From contig CAVWUU010000004.1 of the NCBI GenBank assembly GCA_963758295.1, forward strand, positions 320,001 through 384,000: a stretch of 64,000 bases of DNA, written 5' to 3'. The number at the start of each line of letters is the position of its first letter. The stretch's first letter is position 1. The DNA comes from Candidatus Eremiobacteria bacterium (GTDB lineage Bacteria > Vulcanimicrobiota > Vulcanimicrobiia > Vulcanimicrobiales > Vulcanimicrobiaceae). A program made the translations under genes and the position numbers. The notes under the pieces were generated by a model. That model saw only the letters and a program-made list of their open reading frames with translations, searched no databases and had not been told where the DNA came from. Positions 48,439 to 57,858 of this stretch are shown in pieces.

Positions 48439-48463
48439 ATTCCCGTATTCGGGATGCTTAGGC
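48439..48463 (-). promoter_or_regulatory. Putative SigB/SigF-type promoter GCCTAA-N13-GGGAAT
   Basis: 9 nt before the DoxX ATG; followed by ACCG like related sites. Confidence 0.4.
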
Positions 48464-48568
48464 ATTGGGACCCAACGCATAGCAACCCTGAAGCCCCTGC
48501 GAGCGGCGGTTAGTCAAGGGTATAGTCCCGACACGACCACCATTACGTCTTTACAAAGAGATCGGGTA

Positions 48569-49564
48569 ATGAAGCTCTCAATCGGCGCAATCTTTCTGGG
48601 TGTACTTCTAAGCGCTTGCGGCGGCGGTGGTTCGGGTTCGCCGATCCCAATCCAACCGGCCGCCACCTCGCAACCGCCGTCGACCGGCGGAACGACGACG
48701 ACAACAACCAGTGGCAACACGACGGCACTCGTAATAACGAGCGCCGACACCGCTGCAGCATCATCGGTTTCGAGTTTTAAATATCACACGTTTTCCGGAA
48801 AGAAGGCCGCCACGGCGGCTTCACGCACGGCCCGTCCCGATGCGGTCAATTATCCGGCCGACTTAGTAAATTTCGGCGGCGTCGTGATCCCGCGCGCGAC
48901 CTCGTACAACATTTACATCAATTGCGCAAGCACGTGCTGGGGCGATCCTCAAGGCTTCATCGATCGTTTTGACAACAGCACGTTCATTCATGTGCTGGAC
49001 CAGTATCTTGGCACGACTGCAAGCGCGCGTTATGGGTTTGGCGGGAATCTTGCCGTGAACGAACCGCTCTACACCAATTACCTATCGCAGGGCGACCTGA
49101 TCGCCATCGTTCACGCGGCGGCACTAAAATATGGCAGCGGTTACACGCATGTCTATCACGTCTTCATTCCGCCGGGCGTCGATACGTGTTTCGAAGAAAC
49201 GACCGATTGTTACTCGCCCGATAATCCGCCTGCAAATCAGTTCTGCGCCTACCACGCAAGCGGTACGTTCAACGACAAAGTCGGGCACGTGGTCTTTACC
49301 GTGCTGCCGTTCCAAGACGTTCCGAGCTGCACGAACTTCGGCGGCCCGAACAGTTCGCTCGTGGACAGCACCGCTTCAACGATCTCGCACGAATTCTCGG
49401 AAACATTGACCGACCCCGACACGGGATCCGGCTGGTACAATCTTGCGTTCAACGATGAGGTTGCGGACCTCTGTCAGAGCTTCGATGACATAAACAACCT
49501 CGACGGCAAATCGTATCTCATGCAGGAAGAATATTCGAACAAGCTGCACGCCTGTACGAATTGA
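48569..49564 (+). CDS. Lipoprotein with a Phi-1/EXORDIUM-like Cys-containing domain
   Basis: Lipobox LSAC, Thr/Ser linker, FCAYH, SHEFSETLTDP..GW...EVADLC. Confidence 0.65.
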   Translation: MKLSIGAIFLGVLLSACGGGGSGSPIPIQPAATSQPPSTGGTTTTTTSGNTTALVITSADTAAASSVSSFKYHTFSGKKAATAASRTARPDAVNYPADLVNFGGVVIPRATSYNIYINCASTCWGDPQGFIDRFDNSTFIHVLDQYLGTTASARYGFGGNLAVNEPLYTNYLSQGDLIAIVHAAALKYGSGYTHVYHVFIPPGVDTCFEETTDCYSPDNPPANQFCAYHASGTFNDKVGHVVFTVLPFQDVPSCTNFGGPNSSLVDSTASTISHEFSETLTDPDTGSGWYNLAFNDEVADLCQSFDDINNLDGKSYLMQEEYSNKLHACTN

Positions 49565-49571
49565 CGAAGCC

Positions 49572-49751
49572 TTATTCCGATCGCGACTCTTCTTTTTCGG
49601 TGAGCCGGTCGATGATGTGACGCGCGTACCACTTCGGCCAATTCGCGTCGCGGTGGCCCAGGCGCTTCTCGTAGATGCCGTGCGCGTTCTCGGCTTCCCG
49701 AAGCATGTCGGCAAGCCGGTCGACGGGATGTTCGCCAAGATCTAGGTTCAT
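49572..49751 (-). CDS. Small hypothetical protein
   Basis: GGAGG RBS; AENAHGIYEKRLG..DANWPKWYA. Confidence 0.65.
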   Translation of the reverse strand: MNLDLGEHPVDRLADMLREAENAHGIYEKRLGHRDANWPKWYARHIIDRLTEKEESRSE

Positions 49752-49805
49752 CGCGAAAGCCTCCGTTGGCTTCACGCTAGACCAAACGAGGCGCCGTTGC
49801 AAGCC

Positions 49806-51194
49806 CTAGCGCACGCCGGTGCCCGGCTTATCGGGAAAGATCACGTGGGGGGTAATCATGAATACGATTTCGTCCCGTTCGTGATTCGCTTTTTTGTTTT
49901 CAAAAAACTTTCCGAGAACGGGAATATCTGCGAGCCCAGGAACTTTCTCAAGCGTTTCGTTACTCACGTCTCGCATCAAGCCGCCCAAGACGATTGTTTG
50001 GGAGTCGGAGACGCGCAGCGTCGAGTCAATCTTTCGATTTGCGATTATGGGGTAGCCCGTCGATGTGAAACCCAGCAGCTCGCTGTACTCCGGATGTAAT
50101 TCTGCCGTTACAACGCCGTCCGGCCCGATCGTCGGCGTCAGGCGCAGCTTCACGCCGATGTCTACGAATTGGACGTTTTGGCCTCCGAGCACCGAAGTGT
50201 TAAAAACGATCGGATACGTTTGGCCGATAAGCAAATCTGCTTCTTTGTTGTTCAGTGTGACAAGTTTTGGCGTCGCGAGAATCTGAGCGCGCCCTTGCGT
50301 TATGAGCGCGTTGAGCCTGACGTTCAGAGGAACGGTGCCTTTAGCAAACGTGTACGTAGTCGATCCTTGCGTGGGGTTTCCGAGCAAATCCGTACCGCCG
50401 AACTCCAACCCGAAGTTGCTCGAATCGTTTTGCGGCGTTACGTCGGCAACTTTTACCTCAAAGAGCACCTGAGGACTTGGCCGGTCGACTGACTCGAAAA
50501 GCGTTACGGCTACGTCCTGCAGTTCATCGCTTCCGCTGACGAGCACGGCATTGTGCTCCGCATCGGTGATAAACGTCCCCTCAGGAGCAAGAATCTTTAA
50601 TTGCTTGATCGCGTCGTCGGCTCGAACGTAGCGCAGATGGTAGAGCTTGGTTTGCAGGCCGTTGTTGGCGCCGTACGCGGGAACGTCTAGGGCTGCGGCT
50701 AAGCGACGAGCGCGTTCTACCGTCGTGGCCTCGCCCGTAACAACGACCGATCCCGTGCGTTTGTCCGCGACGATCACGGTGCCTTGAGGCAGTGCATCCT
50801 CGAGTTCTTTTGCAACGTCATCCGGTTTGCCGTGCTTTAGGCCAAGGACGATAGTTTGCGCACCTAGCGCCGTGTTCGCGCTGTCATATCGGCGATTCAT
50901 AGAATCGGCCGCGCCGACGATGAGCACCAGGCCGGTCTTGCGGACCTGCAGCCCGTGAGAACTTACCAGTACGTCCAGCGCCTGCTGGAACGTCACCCCA
51001 TGTAGGTGCAGGGTCACGCGCTCCGGTTTGACGGAATTGTCGGCGACTACGTTGATCCCCGATTCCGCGCTAAGAAGTGCAAAGACGTCAGCGATTTGTG
51101 CGTCGTGAACGTCGATCGTCATCAACGGAGCCTCAGATCGGGCCGGCCCGGCGCAGCAGAGCGCGAGGCAAAGCGCAGCCATCCAGCGCTTCAC
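49806..51194 (-). CDS. pilQ: Secretin (PilQ/GspD family)
   Basis: Signal peptide, N domains (DKRTGSVVV), ILATPKLVTLNNKEA, KVPGLADIPVLGKFF, ITPH. Confidence 0.92.
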   Translation of the reverse strand: MKRWMAALCLALCCAGPARSEAPLMTIDVHDAQIADVFALLSAESGINVVADNSVKPERVTLHLHGVTFQQALDVLVSSHGLQVRKTGLVLIVGAADSMNRRYDSANTALGAQTIVLGLKHGKPDDVAKELEDALPQGTVIVADKRTGSVVVTGEATTVERARRLAAALDVPAYGANNGLQTKLYHLRYVRADDAIKQLKILAPEGTFITDAEHNAVLVSGSDELQDVAVTLFESVDRPSPQVLFEVKVADVTPQNDSSNFGLEFGGTDLLGNPTQGSTTYTFAKGTVPLNVRLNALITQGRAQILATPKLVTLNNKEADLLIGQTYPIVFNTSVLGGQNVQFVDIGVKLRLTPTIGPDGVVTAELHPEYSELLGFTSTGYPIIANRKIDSTLRVSDSQTIVLGGLMRDVSNETLEKVPGLADIPVLGKFFENKKANHERDEIVFMITPHVIFPDKPGTGVR

Positions 51195-51634
51195 GGGCGC
51201 TCCGATTCTTCGAGCACTAATCGCGTCCCATTGCTTAGCGTGACTCCGTTTGCGTCGATGGAAGCAATCGTAGCGTCTTCGATCGAATCGCCGATGGCTA
51301 AAATCTTCACGGTCCCGCCAGCTTCAACGAGCGCTCGCGGATTTGTGCCGAGCACTACCGCGTGAACGAGCGCCGCAGAGGAACGCGTCTCCGAGGACGA
51401 CGTCAAAATCGCCCGGCCGGGGACGAAAGGATCGCGCGTAGCTTCCAATTGCGGGAAGCGAAACGCTTCTGGAAGCGCAAACGGTTCTTGCGATGCGCCT
51501 ACCGGCTGTGTTTGAGCCGCCGAGGCGATGGACGAAGTGTTAGCCAGCGGCATCAACGCAAACGCGAGACCACAAAGAATCAACCCCGTCTCCAGGAGCC
51601 GCCGTCTTTCGCTATCGCGCAGGGCTGGAAGCAT
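51191..51634 (-). CDS. PilP-like protein
   Basis: TM, RDPF motif, ALVE...IGD; directly before the secretin. Confidence 0.65.
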   Translation of the reverse strand: MLPALRDSERRRLLETGLILCGLAFALMPLANTSSIASAAQTQPVGASQEPFALPEAFRFPQLEATRDPFVPGRAILTSSSETRSSAALVHAVVLGTNPRALVEAGGTVKILAIGDSIEDATIASIDANGVTLSNGTRLVLEESERP

Positions 51635-52202
51635 TGGTGACCTCCGTAACTAGGCCGTTTGCCGGCCGATAGATCGATATTGTTACGTTTGCATCGACAA
51701 CCGGTGCACTGCCGGCTTTTTCGTTTGGAACCCCTTGCGCCGTTAGCGCGGCGTCCTGCACTCCTATGAGCACTCCGTGTTTCGAGAGGTCCGCAAGCAT
51801 TGTCACGATATCCCGAAATCTGCCTCGCAAGCCGACGCTCCAAACGAACCCCTGAAGCCCGTCCGCATCCGGCGTGGCAATTGGCGTTGCGGCATCCGGG
51901 CTAACCGATCGCACCGCCACATTGAGGTGTTTTGCTTGGGAATTCAGCAGTTCCAGTGCCGAAGCGGTGGTTGCGGCGGGCGATCCGTTGAGTTTCGAAA
52001 TGTCGTTGCGAACGCGCCGCGCAGCTATCGCTAACTCTACGCTGCGCCGGATCTTGATTTCGTTTGCATTTGCTTCGTCGTATAAGTCGCGTGCGTGCGC
52101 TTGGACTTCGCGCACGGACTGCTCTGAAGGCTGCACTATAAGACCGTAGCTAGCAACCAAGACCGCGCAGCTCAAGAGGTATAGCGCTCGTCTTGCGATC
52201 AT
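51612..52202 (-). CDS. PilO-like protein
   Basis: TM, coiled coil, LRGRFRDIVTML; operon position. Confidence 0.7.
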   Translation of the reverse strand: MIARRALYLLSCAVLVASYGLIVQPSEQSVREVQAHARDLYDEANANEIKIRRSVELAIAARRVRNDISKLNGSPAATTASALELLNSQAKHLNVAVRSVSPDAATPIATPDADGLQGFVWSVGLRGRFRDIVTMLADLSKHGVLIGVQDAALTAQGVPNEKAGSAPVVDANVTISIYRPANGLVTEVTNASSPAR

Positions 52203-52747
52203 CAAAGGCGGTCCTCCGCGCGCATTTCGAACGACATCACCTGCGATCGGTCGTCCCTGCCGGCACTTATCAAGGCCGGCGCATGGACCGTTCTGCCCGC
52301 CATCAAGCCGGCCACGACGCCCGCGATGGCGTTTACTCCCTCCGCTTTTCCTACGATTTCGACGGATTTTTCGCGACGCGCCAGCGACGTTAACCAAACG
52401 CCGCGCGGAAGGTGATCGGCGACGTCGATGAAGTGCTCGGCTACGATGGACCCGGAAATTCGGACGCCTCTCAGCCGGCGATCGAGCGCGAGGAGGCGGT
52501 CAACTTTTACTCGTGCGAGATTGGTTTGCGCCAGGGCAGCGCGGCTTGCTTCAGCACGCGAAGCCGCCTGAGTTTCGACGCTGCGCGCATCGGTAAGGCG
52601 GTAGCGTTCGATTCCCCCTGCGAACACGACAAACACCAGCGCAGCGATAAAAACTCGAACCGGCGTTTGCAGTTCCGCTGCTATTTTGACATGGCGCAAG
52701 CGATCCAATGGTTCGGGGACCGATTCGTGCAAGTAATCAAAGTTCAT
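52202..52747 (-). CDS. PilN-like protein
   Basis: TM, coiled coil, LPRGVWLTSL..IVGKA. Confidence 0.8.
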   Translation of the reverse strand: MNFDYLHESVPEPLDRLRHVKIAAELQTPVRVFIAALVFVVFAGGIERYRLTDARSVETQAASRAEASRAALAQTNLARVKVDRLLALDRRLRGVRISGSIVAEHFIDVADHLPRGVWLTSLARREKSVEIVGKAEGVNAIAGVVAGLMAGRTVHAPALISAGRDDRSQVMSFEMRAEDRL

Positions 52748-53721
52748 CAGGCCTCTCCGCATCGAAGGGCCAGAGCCGCAGCCAAAGTCCAGTCAGGTGC
52801 AGCCGCGCGAATAACGTCATCCGGATAGCTCTCGCTGAATAACGCGTTAGGGACCGGCATCTCGGCCGTTGCATCGGTTGCGCGCGTGATTTCTTCCAGC
52901 AGCCCCGGAAAACGCGCACCGTTACCCGTCACAACGATACGGCCGATCGCCGAGCGCGAACGCGCCTTCTCTACGGTGCCCTTTATCGCCGCAACGAGTT
53001 TGTCTCTCGCCGCGCCGCCGGCTCCCGCCGCGCCAAGGATGCGTTTGCGACGCTCGGCTGTAGCAAAGTCAATCGCGAGATCTCGCGCAATACCACTGCT
53101 CAGATGAACGCCACCGACCGGAATGACGTACGACGTCGGGGCCTCTCCAATGAAAGCATGCAGGATGGAACGATCGCCGCCCACGTCTAGAATCGCATCA
53201 CCCGATGTTAAGAGCGAGCGAAGCGCCAAGGCATCGTGCTCTATTGCTAACAGACGCAGTTTCGCGGCCTTGAACGCAGCTGCGCGCGCCTCTACGGCTT
53301 CGCGCCGAACGACGCCGATGCCATACAGACCCGCGTCGCGATTCGCAAGATGGACGCGAACCAGCGAGCGTTCTTTTTCTAAATCCCATGGCGCAAAGCG
53401 TTGCGCTTCGAACCGGGCGGCACGCGTTCGTTCAGCCCACGTCATCTTAGGCAATTTCATTATCCGAAGCAAAGCATGCGGCGAACCAATAGCTGAAACG
53501 CAGCGCCGTTCGCGCGTGCCAAGCTCGCGGATGAGATCCTCGAGCACTAGCGCGACGAACTCCGAATTTAGCGGTCCTCCCGCTTGATCCGATCCGTCCG
53601 AGAACTCGCGGGAAACGACGGCGCGAATCGTCGCTTCCCCGTCGCCGCTCGACTCGGCCAAAGCGATGCGCACGCGTGTTGTGCCGACGTCGATGCCGAG
53701 CGGCAGCGTCTTCTTTCTCAT
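52747..53721 (-). CDS. pilM: PilM actin-like pilus assembly protein
   Basis: LGIDVG, LDVGG, AERRKR, TGNGARFPGL. Confidence 0.85.
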   Translation of the reverse strand: MRKKTLPLGIDVGTTRVRIALAESSGDGEATIRAVVSREFSDGSDQAGGPLNSEFVALVLEDLIRELGTRERRCVSAIGSPHALLRIMKLPKMTWAERTRAARFEAQRFAPWDLEKERSLVRVHLANRDAGLYGIGVVRREAVEARAAAFKAAKLRLLAIEHDALALRSLLTSGDAILDVGGDRSILHAFIGEAPTSYVIPVGGVHLSSGIARDLAIDFATAERRKRILGAAGAGGAARDKLVAAIKGTVEKARSRSAIGRIVVTGNGARFPGLLEEITRATDATAEMPVPNALFSESYPDDVIRAAAPDWTLAAALALRCGEA

Positions 53722-54332
53722 TTGGCGAGGGCCCGACCGGCGATGACGATTCCAAGCGATGCGGCCAAGTAAGGCGCAAAGCGCACGATCGAGCCGCGTT
53801 GAATCTTTTGCGTTATAAGGCCCGCGCACGCGACTAACGCTCCTAGGACGAACGCGACTCCGAGAACAGTAAAAGCGAGAGCCGGTCCGACCGCAGCCCC
53901 GATCGACGCAGCTAACTTTACGTCACCCAATCCGATGCCGCGCCTGCGAGTAAGGAACCAAAGTCCTAATAGCGCTCCACCGGCACAGCACGCACCCGCT
54001 ATAGCGGAGATCTCGCCACCGCCGGCAGCGGCAAAAGCTATCGTTAGAATCGCGCCCGGTAGCGTTACGCGATCGAACGCATAGCCGCACTGGACGTCCG
54101 TAGCTGCGCAGATCGCCGCGCATGCAAGCGCCGCGGCCGTAGATAGCCAAGCGAAAACGCCGCCCGCTGCAGGCAGCATCGAAACGAAAGCTGCCATCCC
54201 GACGAAAACGGCCGTTTCGCCGCTCCAGCGAGGAAAGACGCTCCGATCTTCCTGCGTCGCGGACGTAGCCGCCAACGCAAACAAACTCGCTAGAGTAAGA
54301 AATACGGCGAACCGTAAAACCGTTTCAGTCAT
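53718..54332 (-). CDS. A24 prepilin peptidase (short form)
   Basis: Asp in ATDVQ, GIGLGDVKL, FAPYL. Confidence 0.88.
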   Translation of the reverse strand: MTETVLRFAVFLTLASLFALAATSATQEDRSVFPRWSGETAVFVGMAAFVSMLPAAGGVFAWLSTAAALACAAICAATDVQCGYAFDRVTLPGAILTIAFAAAGGGEISAIAGACCAGGALLGLWFLTRRRGIGLGDVKLAASIGAAVGPALAFTVLGVAFVLGALVACAGLITQKIQRGSIVRFAPYLAASLGIVIAGRALAK

Positions 54333-54858
54333 GAGCCCTCTTGAGTCCGCGCAGGGCAGGCACGTATCGCGCGTCGACACGCGTGGCTTCCGTAAAGAGC
54401 CGGCGCGCGGCTATCCGGTCTCCGGCGTGCAGTGCGGCGAAGCCGCCAAACGTCAAGGTCTGCGGATCTCGTGTGAGCTTCCCGGCGCGAGAGAAGTCCG
54501 CTTCCGCCAACGAAAATTTCTTCAACAACTCGAATGCTAGAGCGCGATCCGCCAGAACAATGGAATCATCGCGATGCCTCGCGAGATAGGCTGTTGCGGT
54601 GGCGACGCTCTTCGCAAGCATTTCCGGTGAATGAGACATAATTTCGCTGAAACAAAGCCGGTCGACCGCTTCCCGATCGTTCGCATCCCACGAGATTGCC
54701 CGTTGCCACAGGCGCCGCGCGGATTCGGCGTTGCCACGGTAATTCAAATCGTCGCCTCGTACGACAAGCGCCGAAGAGATCTGCGGACGGAGCAGTAATG
54801 CGGACAACGCTATACCAACGAAGGCGACCGCGGCGCGGCGCAAAAACAGCACGATCAT
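54325..54858 (-). CDS. Membrane-anchored TPR protein
   Basis: N-terminal TM, TPR-like helices. Confidence 0.7.
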   Translation of the reverse strand: MIVLFLRRAAVAFVGIALSALLLRPQISSALVVRGDDLNYRGNAESARRLWQRAISWDANDREAVDRLCFSEIMSHSPEMLAKSVATATAYLARHRDDSIVLADRALAFELLKKFSLAEADFSRAGKLTRDPQTLTFGGFAALHAGDRIAARRLFTEATRVDARYVPALRGLKRAHD

Positions 54859-55472
54859 ACGAGCAGCGCGTAGTAGCCGGACATAGCGAGCGCCAAGGCT
54901 CCGGCAACCACCTGAACGGGCATCGCGAACGATCGCAGCTCAAGCGCGCGGCGCACACCGTTAGTTCCGAAACCCGCTACGATCAACGGGAATAAGTGGC
55001 CGGCCAAAAATGCGACGATCAGCAAGCCGGCAAAGGTGCGCCCCGTGCCGGCAGCAATGGCGCCAATCGATACGATGACCGGCGTGCAGCAGGGCGAAAT
55101 GACGAGCGTCATGGCGGTGCCAAGAAAAAACGCTCCACCTAACGGCAGCCTCAGAGCCTTATGAGTACAGCCGCAGCGATCTGCGTCGATCAACGCTCTT
55201 ATACCCGAGAAGGCTAGGGCTGCCGCCAGAACGCCGTAGACATAGGATGAAGCAGCGGCAACGGCCGCGAGTTTTACCGTGCCATAAGCCAACAGCAGCG
55301 TCCCGAACCCGATCCCGGCGATGAACGCACCGGTCGTGCAGGCGCGTTGCCGTCCGCTACTTTCGCCTGCAATCGAGCAAATTGCAAGGAACCGAGGCGC
55401 GACGCACGGACCAAACGAGGTGCCGGCGCCCGCTAAAAAACCTGCGGTCAGTCCGAGAACATTCAGAGTCAC
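54855..55472 (-). CDS. CcdA/DsbD-TM-family thiol-disulfide transporter
   Basis: About 6 TMs, AGAGTSFGPCVAP and SPCCTP. Confidence 0.82.
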   Translation of the reverse strand: MTLNVLGLTAGFLAGAGTSFGPCVAPRFLAICSIAGESSGRQRACTTGAFIAGIGFGTLLLAYGTVKLAAVAAASSYVYGVLAAALAFSGIRALIDADRCGCTHKALRLPLGGAFFLGTAMTLVISPCCTPVIVSIGAIAAGTGRTFAGLLIVAFLAGHLFPLIVAGFGTNGVRRALELRSFAMPVQVVAGALALAMSGYYALLV

Positions 55473-55924
55473 TGGCTCGCTACCGCCGAGAAGCCGCTGG
55501 CGGATGAATACTGAATGTGTGCCGATCCGGTCGTTCCGCCAATCGAACTCATCGTTCCCGGATCATGCTGTCCTGGGCAAATGATCGAATACGAAGCGTT
55601 CCCGGCACTCGCGTTCGTTACCGTAAACTCATAGGTGCCGGACGGGTTAACCGGATCGACGGGGTTCTGTTTCAAATATGCCGACAAATCGGTGTCCGAG
55701 ATCGTGACGGGGGTGCTGTTGCCCGACGGATATTGCTGATGATCCGTCTGATACAATTCCAACACCGTCGCAATCTCTTTGAGATTCGCCTCACAAGCGG
55801 CGGTTTGGGCTTGCGCGCGCGCTCGGATGAAGTTTGGGACGAGGATCGCAACTAAAATTGCAATGATCGCGACAACGATCATCATCTCGATTAAGGTAAA
55901 CCCGCGCTCGCCTTCGCGTTCCAT
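55469..55924 (-). CDS. Type IV pilin (ComGC/GspG-like)
   Basis: Class III signal G|FTLIEMMIVVAIIAIL, two Cys, GGAGG RBS. Confidence 0.93.
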   Translation of the reverse strand: MEREGERGFTLIEMMIVVAIIAILVAILVPNFIRARAQAQTAACEANLKEIATVLELYQTDHQQYPSGNSTPVTISDTDLSAYLKQNPVDPVNPSGTYEFTVTNASAGNASYSIICPGQHDPGTMSSIGGTTGSAHIQYSSASGFSAVASQ

Positions 55925-55966
55925 TCATCCTCCATTCGTACGCTGCAATAACAGCAAGTGCCCGAA

Positions 55967-56641
55967 CTATGCGCTCTGAGGACGAGCGTAGGGCGATAAC
56001 TTCTTCAATGCGCCGCGATGCAAGCGGCTCAAATGACGCCGAGAATATCCCAGCCGCTCCGCAAGATCGGCCAGCGGCGTATCGAGCTCGTAAATCTCAA
56101 CGATGATCCGGCGTTCCAACGACGTTAGTTGCGCGAGCGCATGCTGAACGTCGAGCCGGTCCAGTTGTCTATCCAACGTATAGGAAAGCGCCTTGTGTTC
56201 GAACGGACGGAGCGTCTCAACGGATAACATGGCAGTATTGCGGCGATACCGCGATATCTCGCGCTGTTCTTCTGCCGTCGCGCCGATAACGGCACCGATC
56301 TCTGCTGCTTCCGGTTCTCGCCCGAGCGAGATCCAGAGATCGCGTTCTGCGGCAAGCCAACGTCTATCCAATTCGTGCAAACGCCGGGGAGCGCGCACGA
56401 CTCGTTCGCCGTCCCGCACGTAATGCATCAATTCTCCAAGCACCATCACCCATGCATATGCCTCGAAGGGGGTGCCGTTTTCTAAATCATAGCGGTCCGC
56501 CGCCTTGATCAAGCCAATAGCGGCAACCTGCTCCAGATCGCGCTTGTCCAGCCCCTTGCGCCAGAACTTGCGCGCGGCACGCGGACACAGGTAATGGTGT
56601 TCCTCGATCAAGCGTTGACGGGATTCCGAACGGTCGTTCAC
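55967..56641 (-). CDS. SigB/SigF-family alternative sigma factor
   Basis: DLEQVAAIGLIKAADRYD, GELMHYVRD..VRAPRRL, LGREP, region 4 HLSRLHRGAL. Confidence 0.92.
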   Translation of the reverse strand: MNDRSESRQRLIEEHHYLCPRAARKFWRKGLDKRDLEQVAAIGLIKAADRYDLENGTPFEAYAWVMVLGELMHYVRDGERVVRAPRRLHELDRRWLAAERDLWISLGREPEAAEIGAVIGATAEEQREISRYRRNTAMLSVETLRPFEHKALSYTLDRQLDRLDVQHALAQLTSLERRIIVEIYELDTPLADLAERLGYSRRHLSRLHRGALKKLSPYARPQSA

Positions 56642-57858
56642 TTAATGCTCCCGATTAACGAATATAGCGGAATGAGGATGGAAGCGACGATCGTTCCGAC
56701 CACGGCGCCGAGAAAGAGCATCGAGACCGGCTCTATGATGCTTCCAAGTTGCGCTATCGCAGTCTCTACGTCGAGCTCGCAATAGGATGCGATCCGCAGC
56801 AGCATCGTCGGTAACGTCCCGCTCTCTTCTCCAACGCGCACCAATTGAAGTGCTAGCGAATCGAAGAGTTTTGAAGCGCCCATCGGAGTGGTTAATGGAT
56901 CGCCGTTCGACAGCGCTTCAGAAAGCTTGGCGACTCCACAGCGGTAGACGCAATTGTCCATCACATCCTCGCACGCGTGCAATGCGCCGATGATAGGAAC
57001 GCCCGATTCCAGCAGCGTCCCAAATGTCCGAGTAAATCGCGCTATTGCGACGTTTCTTAGAATCGTTCCGGCAGCCGGCAACAATAATTTCAGTTCATCG
57101 CACTTTAGTGAAAGGCGCGGCGATCGGCGGATAAGGGCAACAGCGACCGCGAACGCGCACGGGACGAGGACTAGGGCGATCCATGCCAGCGGCGTACCGA
57201 GCGCCTTGCCGATAGCAATGAGGATTCGCGTCGACACCGGCAAGTCGACGTGCATTTCGGTAAACATGACTGCGAATGATGGGACGGTGTTTCCGATAAG
57301 AAATAAGACCAGGGCTGCGGCCGAAGCGGCGACGATTACGGGGTAGGTCAATGCGGAGCCGACGCGCTTGCGGATTTCCCGATCTCGTTCCAGCAGCGAT
57401 GCAAGACGTTCGAGGACCCGGTCCAGTGCGCCGCCCACCTCGCCGGCGCGTACCATTGCTACGAATAACGCGGAGAACTCTCGAGGCCTTTTCTTCATTG
57501 CCTCCGACAGGGCGCTTCCCGATTCGATGTCTGATGCAACCGATTCGAGCGCCTCTCTAAATCTTGCATCGCGGCAGGCCTCTATGGAAACATCTAAGGC
57601 ACGTCGCAAGGGGACGCCGGCGGCCGTCATTGTTGCCAGCGACCGGAAGAACGCGACCTTGATCCGCGAACTCACCGGAAACGCCGTAAATACTGCCGCG
57701 GCAATTCCACGTGACGATGCTCGTTCTTCGAGAGACGTAACGTATAAGGCACGCGTTCGTAAGTGCATTAGCGCGTGGGCGACGTCTTCTGCCTCCAACG
57801 CGCCCGCCACAAAGCCGCCTTTGGCGTTTCGCGCCGTATATGCAAATGTTAGCGCCAT
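56638..57858 (-). CDS. pilC: Type IV pilus platform protein PilC (T2SS F family)
   Basis: FFRSLATM, AGEVGG, ALTYP, GEESG, LPLY. Confidence 0.93.
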   Translation of the reverse strand: MALTFAYTARNAKGGFVAGALEAEDVAHALMHLRTRALYVTSLEERASSRGIAAAVFTAFPVSSRIKVAFFRSLATMTAAGVPLRRALDVSIEACRDARFREALESVASDIESGSALSEAMKKRPREFSALFVAMVRAGEVGGALDRVLERLASLLERDREIRKRVGSALTYPVIVAASAAALVLFLIGNTVPSFAVMFTEMHVDLPVSTRILIAIGKALGTPLAWIALVLVPCAFAVAVALIRRSPRLSLKCDELKLLLPAAGTILRNVAIARFTRTFGTLLESGVPIIGALHACEDVMDNCVYRCGVAKLSEALSNGDPLTTPMGASKLFDSLALQLVRVGEESGTLPTMLLRIASYCELDVETAIAQLGSIIEPVSMLFLGAVVGTIVASILIPLYSLIGSIK

